Below, in pieces: positions 9,212 through 18,557 of a stretch of DNA of 64,000 nt (positions within the stretch are counted from its first letter, which is position 1; the number at the start of each line of letters is the position of its first letter). The translations under genes were made by a program, and so were the position numbers. Source of the stretch: a virus; IMG/VR virus record IMGVR_UViG_3300043449_002292, positions 78,860 to 142,859 of that record, one strand, 5' to 3'. The notes under the pieces were generated by a model. The model did no database searches and was not told where the DNA came from. It worked only from the letters and a program-made list of their open reading frames with translations.

Positions 9212-12200
9212 TTATACGAACTCAACACCCGCGGGGGTGATGATAAAGTCGACAGCGATGAACTCAACCGCGCGGGTTGGGACCACGATAATCCTACCGT
9301 TGAGCCTGCTGGCCTCTACGTCAGCCTGGGTGTTGTTGGTATCATCGCAGATGATCCTGAACTGCTCAACTCCCGCCTGTGCCTTCACAAGGGAAAGCAG
9401 CGGGGTCGCACGATCGACGAATGTCTTCCTTGTCGTTGCATCGTTGGGCTCGAAGAGAAGACCACGCGCGACGCCGAGAATGATCCTCTTGAGCTCCAGG
9501 AAGAGACGACGGACATTGACGCGATCGAAAGCTGACTTCGAGAGCTGCAGGGTCTTCTGTCCGAAGATGACGAACCCGCTACCCGGGAAGGTTGCGATCG
9601 GGTTGATCGAATTCTCGTAGAGGTAATCACGATCAGCTGCCGAGAGTCGAACCTCAACGTTGCCTACGAAATCGAGAGCAGCGCGGTTGAAGCCTGCGGG
9701 AGCATACCACGGGTAGGAGACCCTGTCACCGTATCCGATCGCTCCGAGCGCCGCCACCGATGCGGGCACCTTGACCTTACGGTTCGTCGTCGTATCATTC
9801 ACAAAGACGTCCGGGAAGTAAGTCGCGACGTAGTTGCTGTTGATCGCGCGGGCGGTGAGAGCATCCGTCGTCTTCGTCACATTGGGCTTCGTTCCTGAAT
9901 CCTCAAAGATTCGAACGTTCGCATCAGTGTAGGACGGCATGTCGAGGACATACATTCCAAGAGCGTAGCTTGGAAGTCGACGGGTGATGTAATCGGTAAT
10001 CAGCGGCTCCTTGATTCCCGGCGTAGCGATCACGTTGACGTTGACCGTCAGCTTGTCTGTCATGAGCTTCGAGGCGACACGATATGAATTGATCGCGTTG
10101 TTGCTGAGGTTGTCACCCGCAGGATCGTATCCCAGACCCGATCGAGCAAGCGGTTCGGATCCACCGACAGCCAGACCGCCCGTATCCGTCGACGTTGCGC
10201 GATCACCGAGGCGAGCCGCTGCAGCGTCGAGGACGTTGAGACCGTCGAATCCACCGTAGAAGATCGTGGAGAACTTCGCATACTCGGAGAATTTGTTGAA
10301 TGTGTTGACGGAGCCCGACAGAAGCGAGGCGAAAGTAAGCCTGCTCAGGGAGCTGTCGGTGATCCTATAGTCCACAGCATCCGGAACCCCGTTACGTATG
10401 TAAGCAGCCTCCTTCATGTGGGCCTCGATGGTTCCCGTTACATCGGAGAGCGTCTGATTGGAAAGGGCGACACGTGCCAGCGTGAACTTGTTGGCGTTGA
10501 AAGCATCAGCATCCGAGCCGGTCAGCAGCGCGTCGAGCTTCTGAATCCCCTGGAACTTTGAGTAAGCGAGAACCAGAGGGTTGAAGGCGTAACCAGCGTT
10601 CGCGTCCATGACCGAGTTCTCAATTTTACCCGAGACGGTTCCGGACGGGACGAGCTTCTCAAACTTCACACCCCAGTGCAGGCGGGAGTCTGGGATCTCG
10701 AGGATTCCCGGCGACCCGATGTATGATGAGCCGTCAACAGTTCCCCTCGTTGCCTTGAAGCGGAACGGAAGCGGTGGGACAATAGAGCCGGTCAGGCCCG
10801 TTGCGATCGAGCTGCTGCAGGCGAGGCGTGGTAGCACCCCTCCGCCAGAGCCGTAGGTCCTCGTTCCGATGATGAGGGCGCTCTGCGTATCCGTAAGGGT
10901 CTGGGTCGTGCGAACGACAGGAACACCGCGGAAACCGAAGGGCAGGGCGTTCGTTGGAACCGCGCCGGAATCAAGCTGGCTGGAAATCCGCACTCGAATT
11001 CGACGGCTCGCGTTCGGGAACTTACCGCTGATCAGCAGCCTCTGCTCCGACTCATCCGCAGCATCGAAGTTGAAGGTTACCTTACGATCTCCGATCTTCT
11101 TGGCAACGTAGTTCGTGCTGTTCGGATTGAGATCGCAGCCAGTGAAGCTCTCGAGAACCTTCGTCGATGTGTCGGTGTCGAAGAGATCACGAACCAGGAC
11201 GTCGAACGTTCCGTATGGGTTCTTCGGATCCGTGGAGGCCTTCATGTTGACGATCGAGATCTTGAAGAGATCGTTGCCTGAGGAACCATCCGTGAGGGTC
11301 TCGAAGTGGAAGAGGTCATACTCAAAACCACCATACGGCTGCGAGATGATCGCTGGGGTCCGCGGGGTCGTGTAGCGGGTATCGTAACGTCCGAACTTCT
11401 GCAGGAAGAGGTCGTTTGAGCCTGAGGCGATCGCGATGCAGCTGTCACCGGTCGTATCGATGGGAGCAAGCTCGTCCTCAACCGGAAAATCGACGTAGAG
11501 CAGGTGCTGCTCGTCCTGGAACTTGCGGGGGTCCGTGTTGAGAACCTTTCCGAAGTAGTCCGTAGCGTTGGGGTCGAAGGACGCGGTCAGTATCCTGACG
11601 CCAGAGACCGAATCGGTCGTTCCGAACGTGGCACCCTGTGATGAGGAGATTACGAACTTGAACTTCTTGTATGTTGTGGAGTTTGAATCGAGATCCGTCG
11701 AGGCGATGTCATCGAAAGCTGCTCCCGTCCCGCTCCACTGCGATGCCGCCCCGGTCATGTCAAGGACCATACCGCGGGCGCCGGTTGGGAAGAACAGCAT
11801 ACCACGAACGACGTTTATCGTGTCGTTCGAGGTTGGGTTGAAGCTCGGGTTATCGCTGAAAACCGGGAATCCACGCCACTCGGAGGGAGTTGACGTATCG
11901 GATGGCAGCTTGTGACGAGCAACGAGGAACTGCACCGCGCCAGTCTTACGAAGGTCGGTTGGGGGCTGGGCGACTGTTGAGCCGAGGACCTTGAAACCAG
12001 CGTTACGAACGGTTCCCTGTCCAGCTGTCGTGGAGAAATCAGAGGTGGTGGCATTCGCACCCGCGCCGAGGACGCGGATGAATGTGAGGGCACCCTTGTT
12101 CTTCAGCCACTCGTTCGCGGCGTAAGAGGCTGGACGATCCGGGTCGAGGCCACCGAAGCGTGCCTCGAAGTCCGAGAACGACGCGACGATGGTGGGCACG

Positions 12201-12325
12201 AAGGCAGGACCGGATGCGGCTGCACCGATGAGACCGCCAGGAACCCCAGTGGGCTGGGCTCCGGGTGCGGTGAGCTCAATCTCCTGCTCGAAAAATCCAG
12301 GAGAGCGAAATACCTGTTCCGACAT
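9212..12325 (-). CDS. Tail sheath protein, paralog 1 (gp18-like, 1037 aa)
   Basis: N-terminal SPGFFEQEIE; C-terminal WYAPAGFNR, INPI, GQKT, RVNVRRL, FEPND and PTRAVEFI. Confidence 0.95.
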   Translation of the reverse strand: MSEQVFRSPGFFEQEIELTAPGAQPTGVPGGLIGAAASGPAFVPTIVASFSDFEARFGGLDPDRPASYAANEWLKNKGALTFIRVLGAGANATTSDFSTTAGQGTVRNAGFKVLGSTVAQPPTDLRKTGAVQFLVARHKLPSDTSTPSEWRGFPVFSDNPSFNPTSNDTINVVRGMLFFPTGARGMVLDMTGAASQWSGTGAAFDDIASTDLDSNSTTYKKFKFVISSSQGATFGTTDSVSGVRILTASFDPNATDYFGKVLNTDPRKFQDEQHLLYVDFPVEDELAPIDTTGDSCIAIASGSNDLFLQKFGRYDTRYTTPRTPAIISQPYGGFEYDLFHFETLTDGSSGNDLFKISIVNMKASTDPKNPYGTFDVLVRDLFDTDTSTKVLESFTGCDLNPNSTNYVAKKIGDRKVTFNFDAADESEQRLLISGKFPNASRRIRVRISSQLDSGAVPTNALPFGFRGVPVVRTTQTLTDTQSALIIGTRTYGSGGGVLPRLACSSSIATGLTGSIVPPLPFRFKATRGTVDGSSYIGSPGILEIPDSRLHWGVKFEKLVPSGTVSGKIENSVMDANAGYAFNPLVLAYSKFQGIQKLDALLTGSDADAFNANKFTLARVALSNQTLSDVTGTIEAHMKEAAYIRNGVPDAVDYRITDSSLSRLTFASLLSGSVNTFNKFSEYAKFSTIFYGGFDGLNVLDAAAARLGDRATSTDTGGLAVGGSEPLARSGLGYDPAGDNLSNNAINSYRVASKLMTDKLTVNVNVIATPGIKEPLITDYITRRLPSYALGMYVLDMPSYTDANVRIFEDSGTKPNVTKTTDALTARAINSNYVATYFPDVFVNDTTTNRKVKVPASVAALGAIGYGDRVSYPWYAPAGFNRAALDFVGNVEVRLSAADRDYLYENSINPIATFPGSGFVIFGQKTLQLSKSAFDRVNVRRLFLELKRIILGVARGLLFEPNDATTRKTFVDRATPLLSLVKAQAGVEQFRIICDDTNNTQADVEASRLNGRIIVVPTRAVEFIAVDFIITPAGVEFV

Positions 12326-12360
12326 CAGTTGCTCCTAATCTTAATGGGCTAATCAAAAGC

Positions 12361-12367
12361 TAAGTAT
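12361..12367 (-). promoter_or_regulatory. Putative late promoter ATACTTA (sheath 1)
   Basis: Recurrent ATANTTA motif. Confidence 0.65.
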
Positions 12368-12391
12368 GTCATAGGAGCGGAAACGACGCAG

Positions 12392-13657
12392 TCATTTTAA
12401 GTCCTTGTCGGACTTTGCGATTCTCCTGACGGTCGTGAGAACTTCCTCTCCGTGGGCCGCAGAAACCCTCCTGACCCTCACGGTCACGTCCATGGGTTTA
12501 CCCGTTATGGGATCCTCGGTGAGTCTCCTGGTGGTGCTGCGGGTTCGCAGCGAGGTAGATTCCATGCCTCCCACAGCCGTCGTCGGATTCTCCCGAATCC
12601 CGCTTCCGACCCGCTGGTTTCCACCCGCTGCGCGCTCAGCCTGACGATCCGTGCTTGTGCCGATGGAACCTTGAATCTCCGGCCCGTCGACGGTCGCGAT
12701 GGGATCGAGGATCCTAGAATCGATCCGCATGTCGGCGAAGTTGCCCGGGGGCTCCGGATCGACCATGCCGTTGATTATTCCGAACGAGAACTGGGTCGCT
12801 GAGACTGTCCTCCTGATGCCGTTCGGAATTCCAGGTGATGATGGCAGGACGATGAAGGCTGGGATGGAGGCCTTCAGGGTGTGCTTGATCGCGCGTTCAT
12901 CATCGCTCATGTTGTCGAACGTGGTCTCGGACGAGACATCGGGGTCGAATGTGGCGTTGAACCAGTAACCCGAATCCGTCTCAAGGCGGTAAGATCTCGC
13001 GCGGACGTTGTGGTAACCGCTCAGTATCGTGGTCAGGATCTCGTTGCTATGCTGCATGAACTGCGTCCATAGGGTGATCTCGTAGCTTGCTGTGAAGAAT
13101 TTCGGAACTGGGATGGAGATTGTCTCGTAAATTCCAGCACCGAGATTAGGCTCGAGAAGGCGACCACCTGCCATCCGCCCTGGTCGATCCAGACTGTCAC
13201 GTCTGGAGCCGGTGGTTGGTGCTCCCACAGATTCCAGGCCGAGCGAGTTGATCACACGCTGGTAGATGGGATCGTCCTCGGACAGTCGACGCTTCACATC
13301 GATCGTGCCGATGTCACCCATCTCAATGATCTTCTGCGCTTCCTGCGCAACACCTGACCTCTGTATCGTGATCAGCGGAAGTATCAATGCGCCGTTCTTG
13401 TCCCGCAGCGGTTGCTTCCTGCGGGTGATCGCGAAACGCTCACCTGTCGCGAAGATGATGGGAACCTTCTTCGTGGATCCATCCTTCTGCCTGTAGATGA
13501 GGGGCAGGTCCTTGTCGAAGAGGTTGAAGAGCGCGCGGTCGACGTCCTCCAACCCGACGCTCGGGATGACCAGATCCTCGGGAACTGCCGAACCCTCGTA
13601 ACCAAGATCGATCTTGTCGCGTCCGTAGCGCTTCCCAACAGCATACCTTGTGCTCAT
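12392..13657 (-). CDS. Tail terminator / sheath stabiliser (gp15-like)
   Basis: KVPIIFATGER, LPLITIQR and P-x(5)-YEITLWT...NEILTTI pattern; lies between neck and sheath genes. Confidence 0.75.
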   Translation of the reverse strand: MSTRYAVGKRYGRDKIDLGYEGSAVPEDLVIPSVGLEDVDRALFNLFDKDLPLIYRQKDGSTKKVPIIFATGERFAITRRKQPLRDKNGALILPLITIQRSGVAQEAQKIIEMGDIGTIDVKRRLSEDDPIYQRVINSLGLESVGAPTTGSRRDSLDRPGRMAGGRLLEPNLGAGIYETISIPVPKFFTASYEITLWTQFMQHSNEILTTILSGYHNVRARSYRLETDSGYWFNATFDPDVSSETTFDNMSDDERAIKHTLKASIPAFIVLPSSPGIPNGIRRTVSATQFSFGIINGMVDPEPPGNFADMRIDSRILDPIATVDGPEIQGSIGTSTDRQAERAAGGNQRVGSGIRENPTTAVGGMESTSLRTRSTTRRLTEDPITGKPMDVTVRVRRVSAAHGEEVLTTVRRIAKSDKDLK

Positions 13658-14307
13658 TCGTCACCGTAGAATGATGAGTTGATCCCATCAGGAGAGACCT
13701 TCTTGGGTCCGGTGATGGGAGCATCGAGCTTACCGTCCGCCTGCAACTCGCGCCGGTCCGCCGTTGTGCCGAGCTCGTTCGTAGCCGCCCCTCGTTGCTG
13801 GACGAAGGTGTCCTGGGAAACCCGCTCCGTCTCGTATGTTGCCGCGGCGGGGCCCTGGAACGCCTTGTCGATGAGACCCTCGCGAGCCTGCTTACCCATC
13901 AACTTGTAACCCGTCACGTGCTCCACCTGCCCGAAGATCTTGCTGATCGTGATGACCTGGGTAATCTCGAAGAAAACTGCACCGTATGAGAAGAAATCTC
14001 CCATTTTTAAGCGAAGCCCCTTATCGACGAGGTCCTGAGAGTGTATCCTCACCTCAATCGCGTGGAACTTCTCACTGCCGAACTTGTTCGTCTTTACCTC
14101 GCCCGCCGACCACTCAACGAGAGCATCGATCTCGAGCGGCGCATCGAACACCTTCTCGGTCGACTCCTCGTAAACATCGTGAACCTGCGTGACATCGACA
14201 CGGATCGGATAATAGAAGATCTTCTGGCCGATAACGTCCTTGATGATCTCCTTTGTGAGGTCGCTGATTAGATCAAGCTCACGGGGTGTGATGAAGAGCC
14301 GCGCCAT
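13654..14307 (-). CDS. Head closure / neck protein (gp14-like)
   Basis: GQKIFYYP...VYEES...KFG...GDFF pattern; follows the gp13-like gene. Confidence 0.75.
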   Translation of the reverse strand: MARLFITPRELDLISDLTKEIIKDVIGQKIFYYPIRVDVTQVHDVYEESTEKVFDAPLEIDALVEWSAGEVKTNKFGSEKFHAIEVRIHSQDLVDKGLRLKMGDFFSYGAVFFEITQVITISKIFGQVEHVTGYKLMGKQAREGLIDKAFQGPAAATYETERVSQDTFVQQRGAATNELGTTADRRELQADGKLDAPITGPKKVSPDGINSSFYGDE

Positions 14308-14310
14308 GCA

Positions 14311-15483
14311 TCACCCGATGGTGATCACGCGGCCCATAGGAACCGGGATCGCCTTGAGTATCTTCTGTTGATTATCAATCTCGGAAGCTTTCGTCTCGAT
14401 GAGCTTGTTGTATGTCATCGAGTCGAGCATCTCCTTCAGGTCCGTCCTCAGCTTTTCCTTCTCCTCCTTCCCGGCTGATTTCAGGTCGCCTCCATCAAGC
14501 TGGAGCTCGCCGCCCGGGATCGGAACCGATCCAAATTTTGACCTGATCATACCGAGCAGCTCCTTGCAGAGCGCGAGGGTGTACTGCCTCACCCACTGAC
14601 GTGCCATGGAGTTGACCCGTGAATACTGGAAATTACCGTAGGGAACGTTGGAGAGGTTCGAGACGCCGTTGATGGAGTTGTCGGTAAAAGCTGGTGTCAA
14701 TGGGTTGGACTCAAAGCCCACGCGAACCCAAAGCTTCAACGGGTTCTCGGCGGTGGGGGTCGGAAAGATCCTAATCTTCGTGCCTGTCACCCTGTAGCTG
14801 TAGTTTGAGCGACGGACGCGGTTGGAGATGTTCATCTGCCCGCCGCGGAGGATATCCTCGAAGACTGGTAGGACGTAGAAGACGGTCTCCGGTGTGAACG
14901 ACTCGAACGAGAACTCGTTGTTGAGGTAGTTGATCGCCGAAGTGGTATCGAAGAACCTGTATGCAGCCGAGGGATTGAAGTGCATGATCTCGAAGACACG
15001 CATCTTCCGATGCTCAGGGTTGAGGGATGAGCTGACGATAGGGGTGTTCGTTGCTGGATCCACGAGATCGGTGTAGAGATCGTAGTCCTGGACATTCTGG
15101 CGGAGCTGTATCGACCCAGAGACCGAGTTGTACGTTCCTCCGAGGCCTGCCTCCACAGCGTAGGGCTCCGCGAGACGTATGATGTAGTTCAGCGTGTCGC
15201 GTGGAAACTTCTGGGTCGCGCTATCGAGGCTGCTCGTCTGCATTCCAAGCAGCGAGAGCAGCTGGCTCTTCGCCTGGTACTGGTTGACGATCGAGCCGTA
15301 CTCAAGGAATGCCTCCTCGAAGCAAGCCCAGATCTGCTTCCTGGTGAGCTCGACCGAGAGTATATCATCCCCGAGCCGTCGCTTCACGAAGGTGATCATC
15401 GCGTCCGCCTCGGTCTGAAAGTTCGAGTCGGAATCGAAGAAGCCGAATGGTGTCGGACTTAGTGTGCTGGTAAACGATGACAT
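14311..15483 (-). CDS. Neck protein (gp13-like)
   Basis: RRLG...VELT, WVRQYTLALCKELLGMIRSKF and PGGELQLDG match the gp13 family. Confidence 0.88.
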   Translation of the reverse strand: MSSFTSTLSPTPFGFFDSDSNFQTEADAMITFVKRRLGDDILSVELTRKQIWACFEEAFLEYGSIVNQYQAKSQLLSLLGMQTSSLDSATQKFPRDTLNYIIRLAEPYAVEAGLGGTYNSVSGSIQLRQNVQDYDLYTDLVDPATNTPIVSSSLNPEHRKMRVFEIMHFNPSAAYRFFDTTSAINYLNNEFSFESFTPETVFYVLPVFEDILRGGQMNISNRVRRSNYSYRVTGTKIRIFPTPTAENPLKLWVRVGFESNPLTPAFTDNSINGVSNLSNVPYGNFQYSRVNSMARQWVRQYTLALCKELLGMIRSKFGSVPIPGGELQLDGGDLKSAGKEEKEKLRTDLKEMLDSMTYNKLIETKASEIDNQQKILKAIPVPMGRVITIG

Positions 15484-15506
15484 CGCTCTTCCCCAGCCCT
15501 AAATAG

Positions 15507-15533
15507 GAACGAGCAGGGAACACCTGCTCGTTC
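15507..15533 (-). terminator. Intergenic hairpin, possible weak terminator
   Basis: 11-bp perfect stem GAACGAGCAGG/CCTGCTCGTTC, 5-nt loop, only a weak U tail (CTATTT). Confidence 0.55.
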
Positions 15534-15555
15534 TCTAATCAATTGTTTTTCGATC

Positions 15556-16764
15556 TCAGACGAAGGAGGAAATCAGCATCCGACGACCACCACGATTCAT
15601 ACTGTCCATCAGGTGATGGGCTGCCGAGAACTGATACATCTCAACGGCGAGCTTACGCATCTCGCTCTCATACAGGGCGGCCCTTCGAGCACGTATCCTG
15701 GACTCCGACATCGTCTTCGCACCTGCTGGCGCAGCAGGACGAATCGCAGCTGCCGCCCCAGCGGTCGCTGCCGACGCTTTAGCAAGGCCACGGGAGGCTG
15801 CGTCCAGGGCGTTCGCGATCATGGTGCGAACAGCATTAGCGGCTTTACCTGCAAGACCGATAAGAAAATCTATGAAGGATATGAAAGCCATTCCCGTCAT
15901 GATAGCGCCCACACCGACCGCAGTCAAGAGAGTTTCCACTGCAGCCACAGCACTTTTGAGCGTGTTCTTTATGAAGTTTAGAACCTCCTGAAGACCTGCT
16001 TTCATGGCACTTTGAACGTTGGTTACAAAGTTTGCCCATGCCGTGCCCATGGCGTCCTTAAAAATTTTCAGGTTGCAGTCTGTCGCAAACTTCTGTTTCG
16101 CCCGAAGCTGATCATTTATCAATGTGCTAAGAGCAGAGAACGTTCCTGCGAGGGCCTCAATCGCTCCCTCGGACAATCCTGCGGTGAACGCGGCGCCCGC
16201 CATGCGAGCGGCAGTCTGGAGAGCGCCCGTGAGTCCACCCTGTCCGCCAGCCGTGCGTAAACTGCTCGCCATCTTGGAGAAGGTGCTGGCAGTCGCTTCC
16301 TGTATTCTCTCGGTTGCGATCAGCTCTGCTGTCACAGCTCCCACCCTTCCTGCCAGTCCGACCGCGGCGAGGGCGTCGGGTAGACTCTTCACAAAAACTT
16401 CGATTCTACAGGCGTCGTCCACACCTGGACGGCCCGGGACGTCAGGGCTCGGAGGGGCACCGCCACCGCCAGCCGCAGCGGGCTTATTCTTCAGCTGGGC
16501 AGCGACAGCCATGATGGCCGTGGCAGCCTTCGATCCGGCGGCAACGGGCTTCAGCGGCTGACCTAGCTTCGCTGTCTGAACCGCGTTGGTGCTGATATCG
16601 GCGCTGTAGCTGTAGGTGGCATCCTGCCACGTGACCACGTTACCGGCGACCTTCACATTCTTTGCCTCCGCAGCTTGAGCAGCAGTGGAAGCCTGCTCCA
16701 TGAGGTATGATCTCCTCATCTCCTGGTTGACGATGGCACGAAGCTGTGACTCAGTTATCCTCAT
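15556..16764 (-). CDS. Putative internal head / ejection protein (402 aa, Ala-rich, one long hydrophobic segment)
   Basis: N-terminal MRITESQLRAIVNQE helix, hydrophobic LLTAVGVGAIMTGMAFISFIDFLIGLAG, AGGAG SD. Function is inferred. Confidence 0.55.
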   Translation of the reverse strand: MRITESQLRAIVNQEMRRSYLMEQASTAAQAAEAKNVKVAGNVVTWQDATYSYSADISTNAVQTAKLGQPLKPVAAGSKAATAIMAVAAQLKNKPAAAGGGGAPPSPDVPGRPGVDDACRIEVFVKSLPDALAAVGLAGRVGAVTAELIATERIQEATASTFSKMASSLRTAGGQGGLTGALQTAARMAGAAFTAGLSEGAIEALAGTFSALSTLINDQLRAKQKFATDCNLKIFKDAMGTAWANFVTNVQSAMKAGLQEVLNFIKNTLKSAVAAVETLLTAVGVGAIMTGMAFISFIDFLIGLAGKAANAVRTMIANALDAASRGLAKASAATAGAAAAIRPAAPAGAKTMSESRIRARRAALYESEMRKLAVEMYQFSAAHHLMDSMNRGGRRMLISSFV

Positions 16765-16780
16765 TTTATCTCCTAAAATC

Positions 16781-18553
16781 TTATCTATCTACGAGAATAT
16801 GCTCAAGCAGCGATTTTAGCAGGATTCTCCTGCCATCTTGGATATCACCGCGTTCCCCTTTAACTATTCCCCAGTACATGTTTTTCATCTCCTGGTTCAG
16901 GTTTTTTGGAACGTAGCTATCGAATGATGACTTATCACCAGCCGCGATGAATCCACGCATCATGGTTCCTGAGATCTGCGTGGTTTCCGACCTTGGAACT
17001 GCGACCTGCTGGAACTTCTCCAGCACGGCAGGATCTTTGATCGTGCTCCTCATCTTGGCAGGGGAGTACTTGACTTTCGCATCCTCAACATCGGAGTAGA
17101 AGATGAAGCGACTGACGATGCCCTTCAGGTCTCGCATCTTGTTCACCGCAATATCGAGCGGTGACTCCTGGCTGATGATGAGCGTCGCGTTTGGAAAGTC
17201 CTTGTGAAACTGTGGCTCCAGCACCGACTTCCAGGCATCGATCATGACACCGGCTGGCAGCTCATCCCTTCCTGCGATCGATGTGATGATGAGAGCCTCG
17301 TCGCACTCACTCGCGACCCGACCGATCATCTTCCAGTGACCGTCATGAACCGGTTTACCCGCGAGGACGAAGATACCGACAGTGATCCCATTCCTGTCAC
17401 CGATCTCGACTCGCTTCATGATCCTCGTCTTCGTTGTCAGGAACAGGTCCTCCTGCCGCTGTATCAGCTCCTTCTTCCGGTGGAAGAGACGACCCAGCCT
17501 GTTCGAGATCGCCGCATCGAAGTAGCACTCGTTATGGATCCGCTCCAGCAAATCGTTCATCTCGGACTCCTTGATGTTACGATTCTGGGCTGGAGCAAAC
17601 TCAGCGACAATCTCATCCGCGATGGTGATGATCGAACTCCAGTAGGCCTGCTCGATCGGAGGCGTTTCCCGGAACTTATCTTTCACAGCTCCGCGGGTGG
17701 TCTCATCATGTTGGTCGGGGTTTAGGGCCTTGTAAAGAGCCCTCGTGGTCGATGTCCTCATCACGACGCCCTCGGCTGGGGACAGATCCGTCTCCGTCGA
17801 GAGAGAGGTCTTGAACTCCGAGAACACCTTGTAGATCACATCGATGATACGAAGGGGACGATCCGGTGAGCGATCGTTGTATGCATCGTTGAGTGAGCTG
17901 AACACTTCATTGAAACGACGCTCGATCGCCTTGTTCCTGATGCCCGCCCTGAAATCATTGATGCTGGAGAGCTTCCCGTCGAACATCACTGGATACGTTT
18001 TCACCCCTAGCAGCCGAGCGTATCGCTCCAGCATGTCATCATCATCGACAGGTGTCATGTTGCTGACGAGATGGGTTCCAGTGAGCTTGTAGTGGCATGG
18101 TCCGAAGAGCGTCAGGAAGATCCCATGCTTCTGGGGGTAATCACGGGTGATTGTCGCCTTGCGTTGCACGAACTCGAGGAAGAACTCGGTTCCCTGTGGA
18201 ATCTCCGCGGTCTGATGATGCATCCGCTCAAGCAGGGAATGAACGAGAGCATACTGCGCCGTTCCCGCCGAGTGCGCTCGGATCTCCTCCTCACGCTTTC
18301 CGAGTCCACGAATCTCACTTGGAAAGATCAGGTTACCCCTGTAGGCAACGTGCCAGTTCTTCGCGTAATCGTTCGGATCGAACTCGTTGTTGCGACGGAT
18401 GAGGGTAAGCTTCGTTCCGTCGATCTTCTCAACTATCCTGACGTTATCATCGAGAAACTGCCTTGCCTTGCGACGATCATTCTCACGCTCGCGTGGGGTA
18501 GCATCATCGCGGATCATGACCTTCCTAAGGTCCTTGATGGAGATGTCGGCCAT
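16781..18553 (-). CDS. RNA-ligase-like (covalent nucleotidyltransferase) domain fused to HIGH-family (NMNAT/cytidylyltransferase-like) domain
   Basis: Ligase motifs EK43IDG, FFLE127F, E261GVVMR, LYKA; C-terminal GIFVLAGKPVH403DGH and S528GTMMR. Confidence 0.78.
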   Translation of the reverse strand: MADISIKDLRKVMIRDDATPRERENDRRKARQFLDDNVRIVEKIDGTKLTLIRRNNEFDPNDYAKNWHVAYRGNLIFPSEIRGLGKREEEIRAHSAGTAQYALVHSLLERMHHQTAEIPQGTEFFLEFVQRKATITRDYPQKHGIFLTLFGPCHYKLTGTHLVSNMTPVDDDDMLERYARLLGVKTYPVMFDGKLSSINDFRAGIRNKAIERRFNEVFSSLNDAYNDRSPDRPLRIIDVIYKVFSEFKTSLSTETDLSPAEGVVMRTSTTRALYKALNPDQHDETTRGAVKDKFRETPPIEQAYWSSIITIADEIVAEFAPAQNRNIKESEMNDLLERIHNECYFDAAISNRLGRLFHRKKELIQRQEDLFLTTKTRIMKRVEIGDRNGITVGIFVLAGKPVHDGHWKMIGRVASECDEALIITSIAGRDELPAGVMIDAWKSVLEPQFHKDFPNATLIISQESPLDIAVNKMRDLKGIVSRFIFYSDVEDAKVKYSPAKMRSTIKDPAVLEKFQQVAVPRSETTQISGTMMRGFIAAGDKSSFDSYVPKNLNQEMKNMYWGIVKGERGDIQDGRRILLKSLLEHILVDR

Positions 18554-18557
18554 CAGA

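Noticed and set aside
5629-12325. Bacterial eCIS/tailocin locus because of duplicated sheaths
   Set aside because: Capsid, portal, protease, scaffold and terminase genes are all present, so this is a phage.
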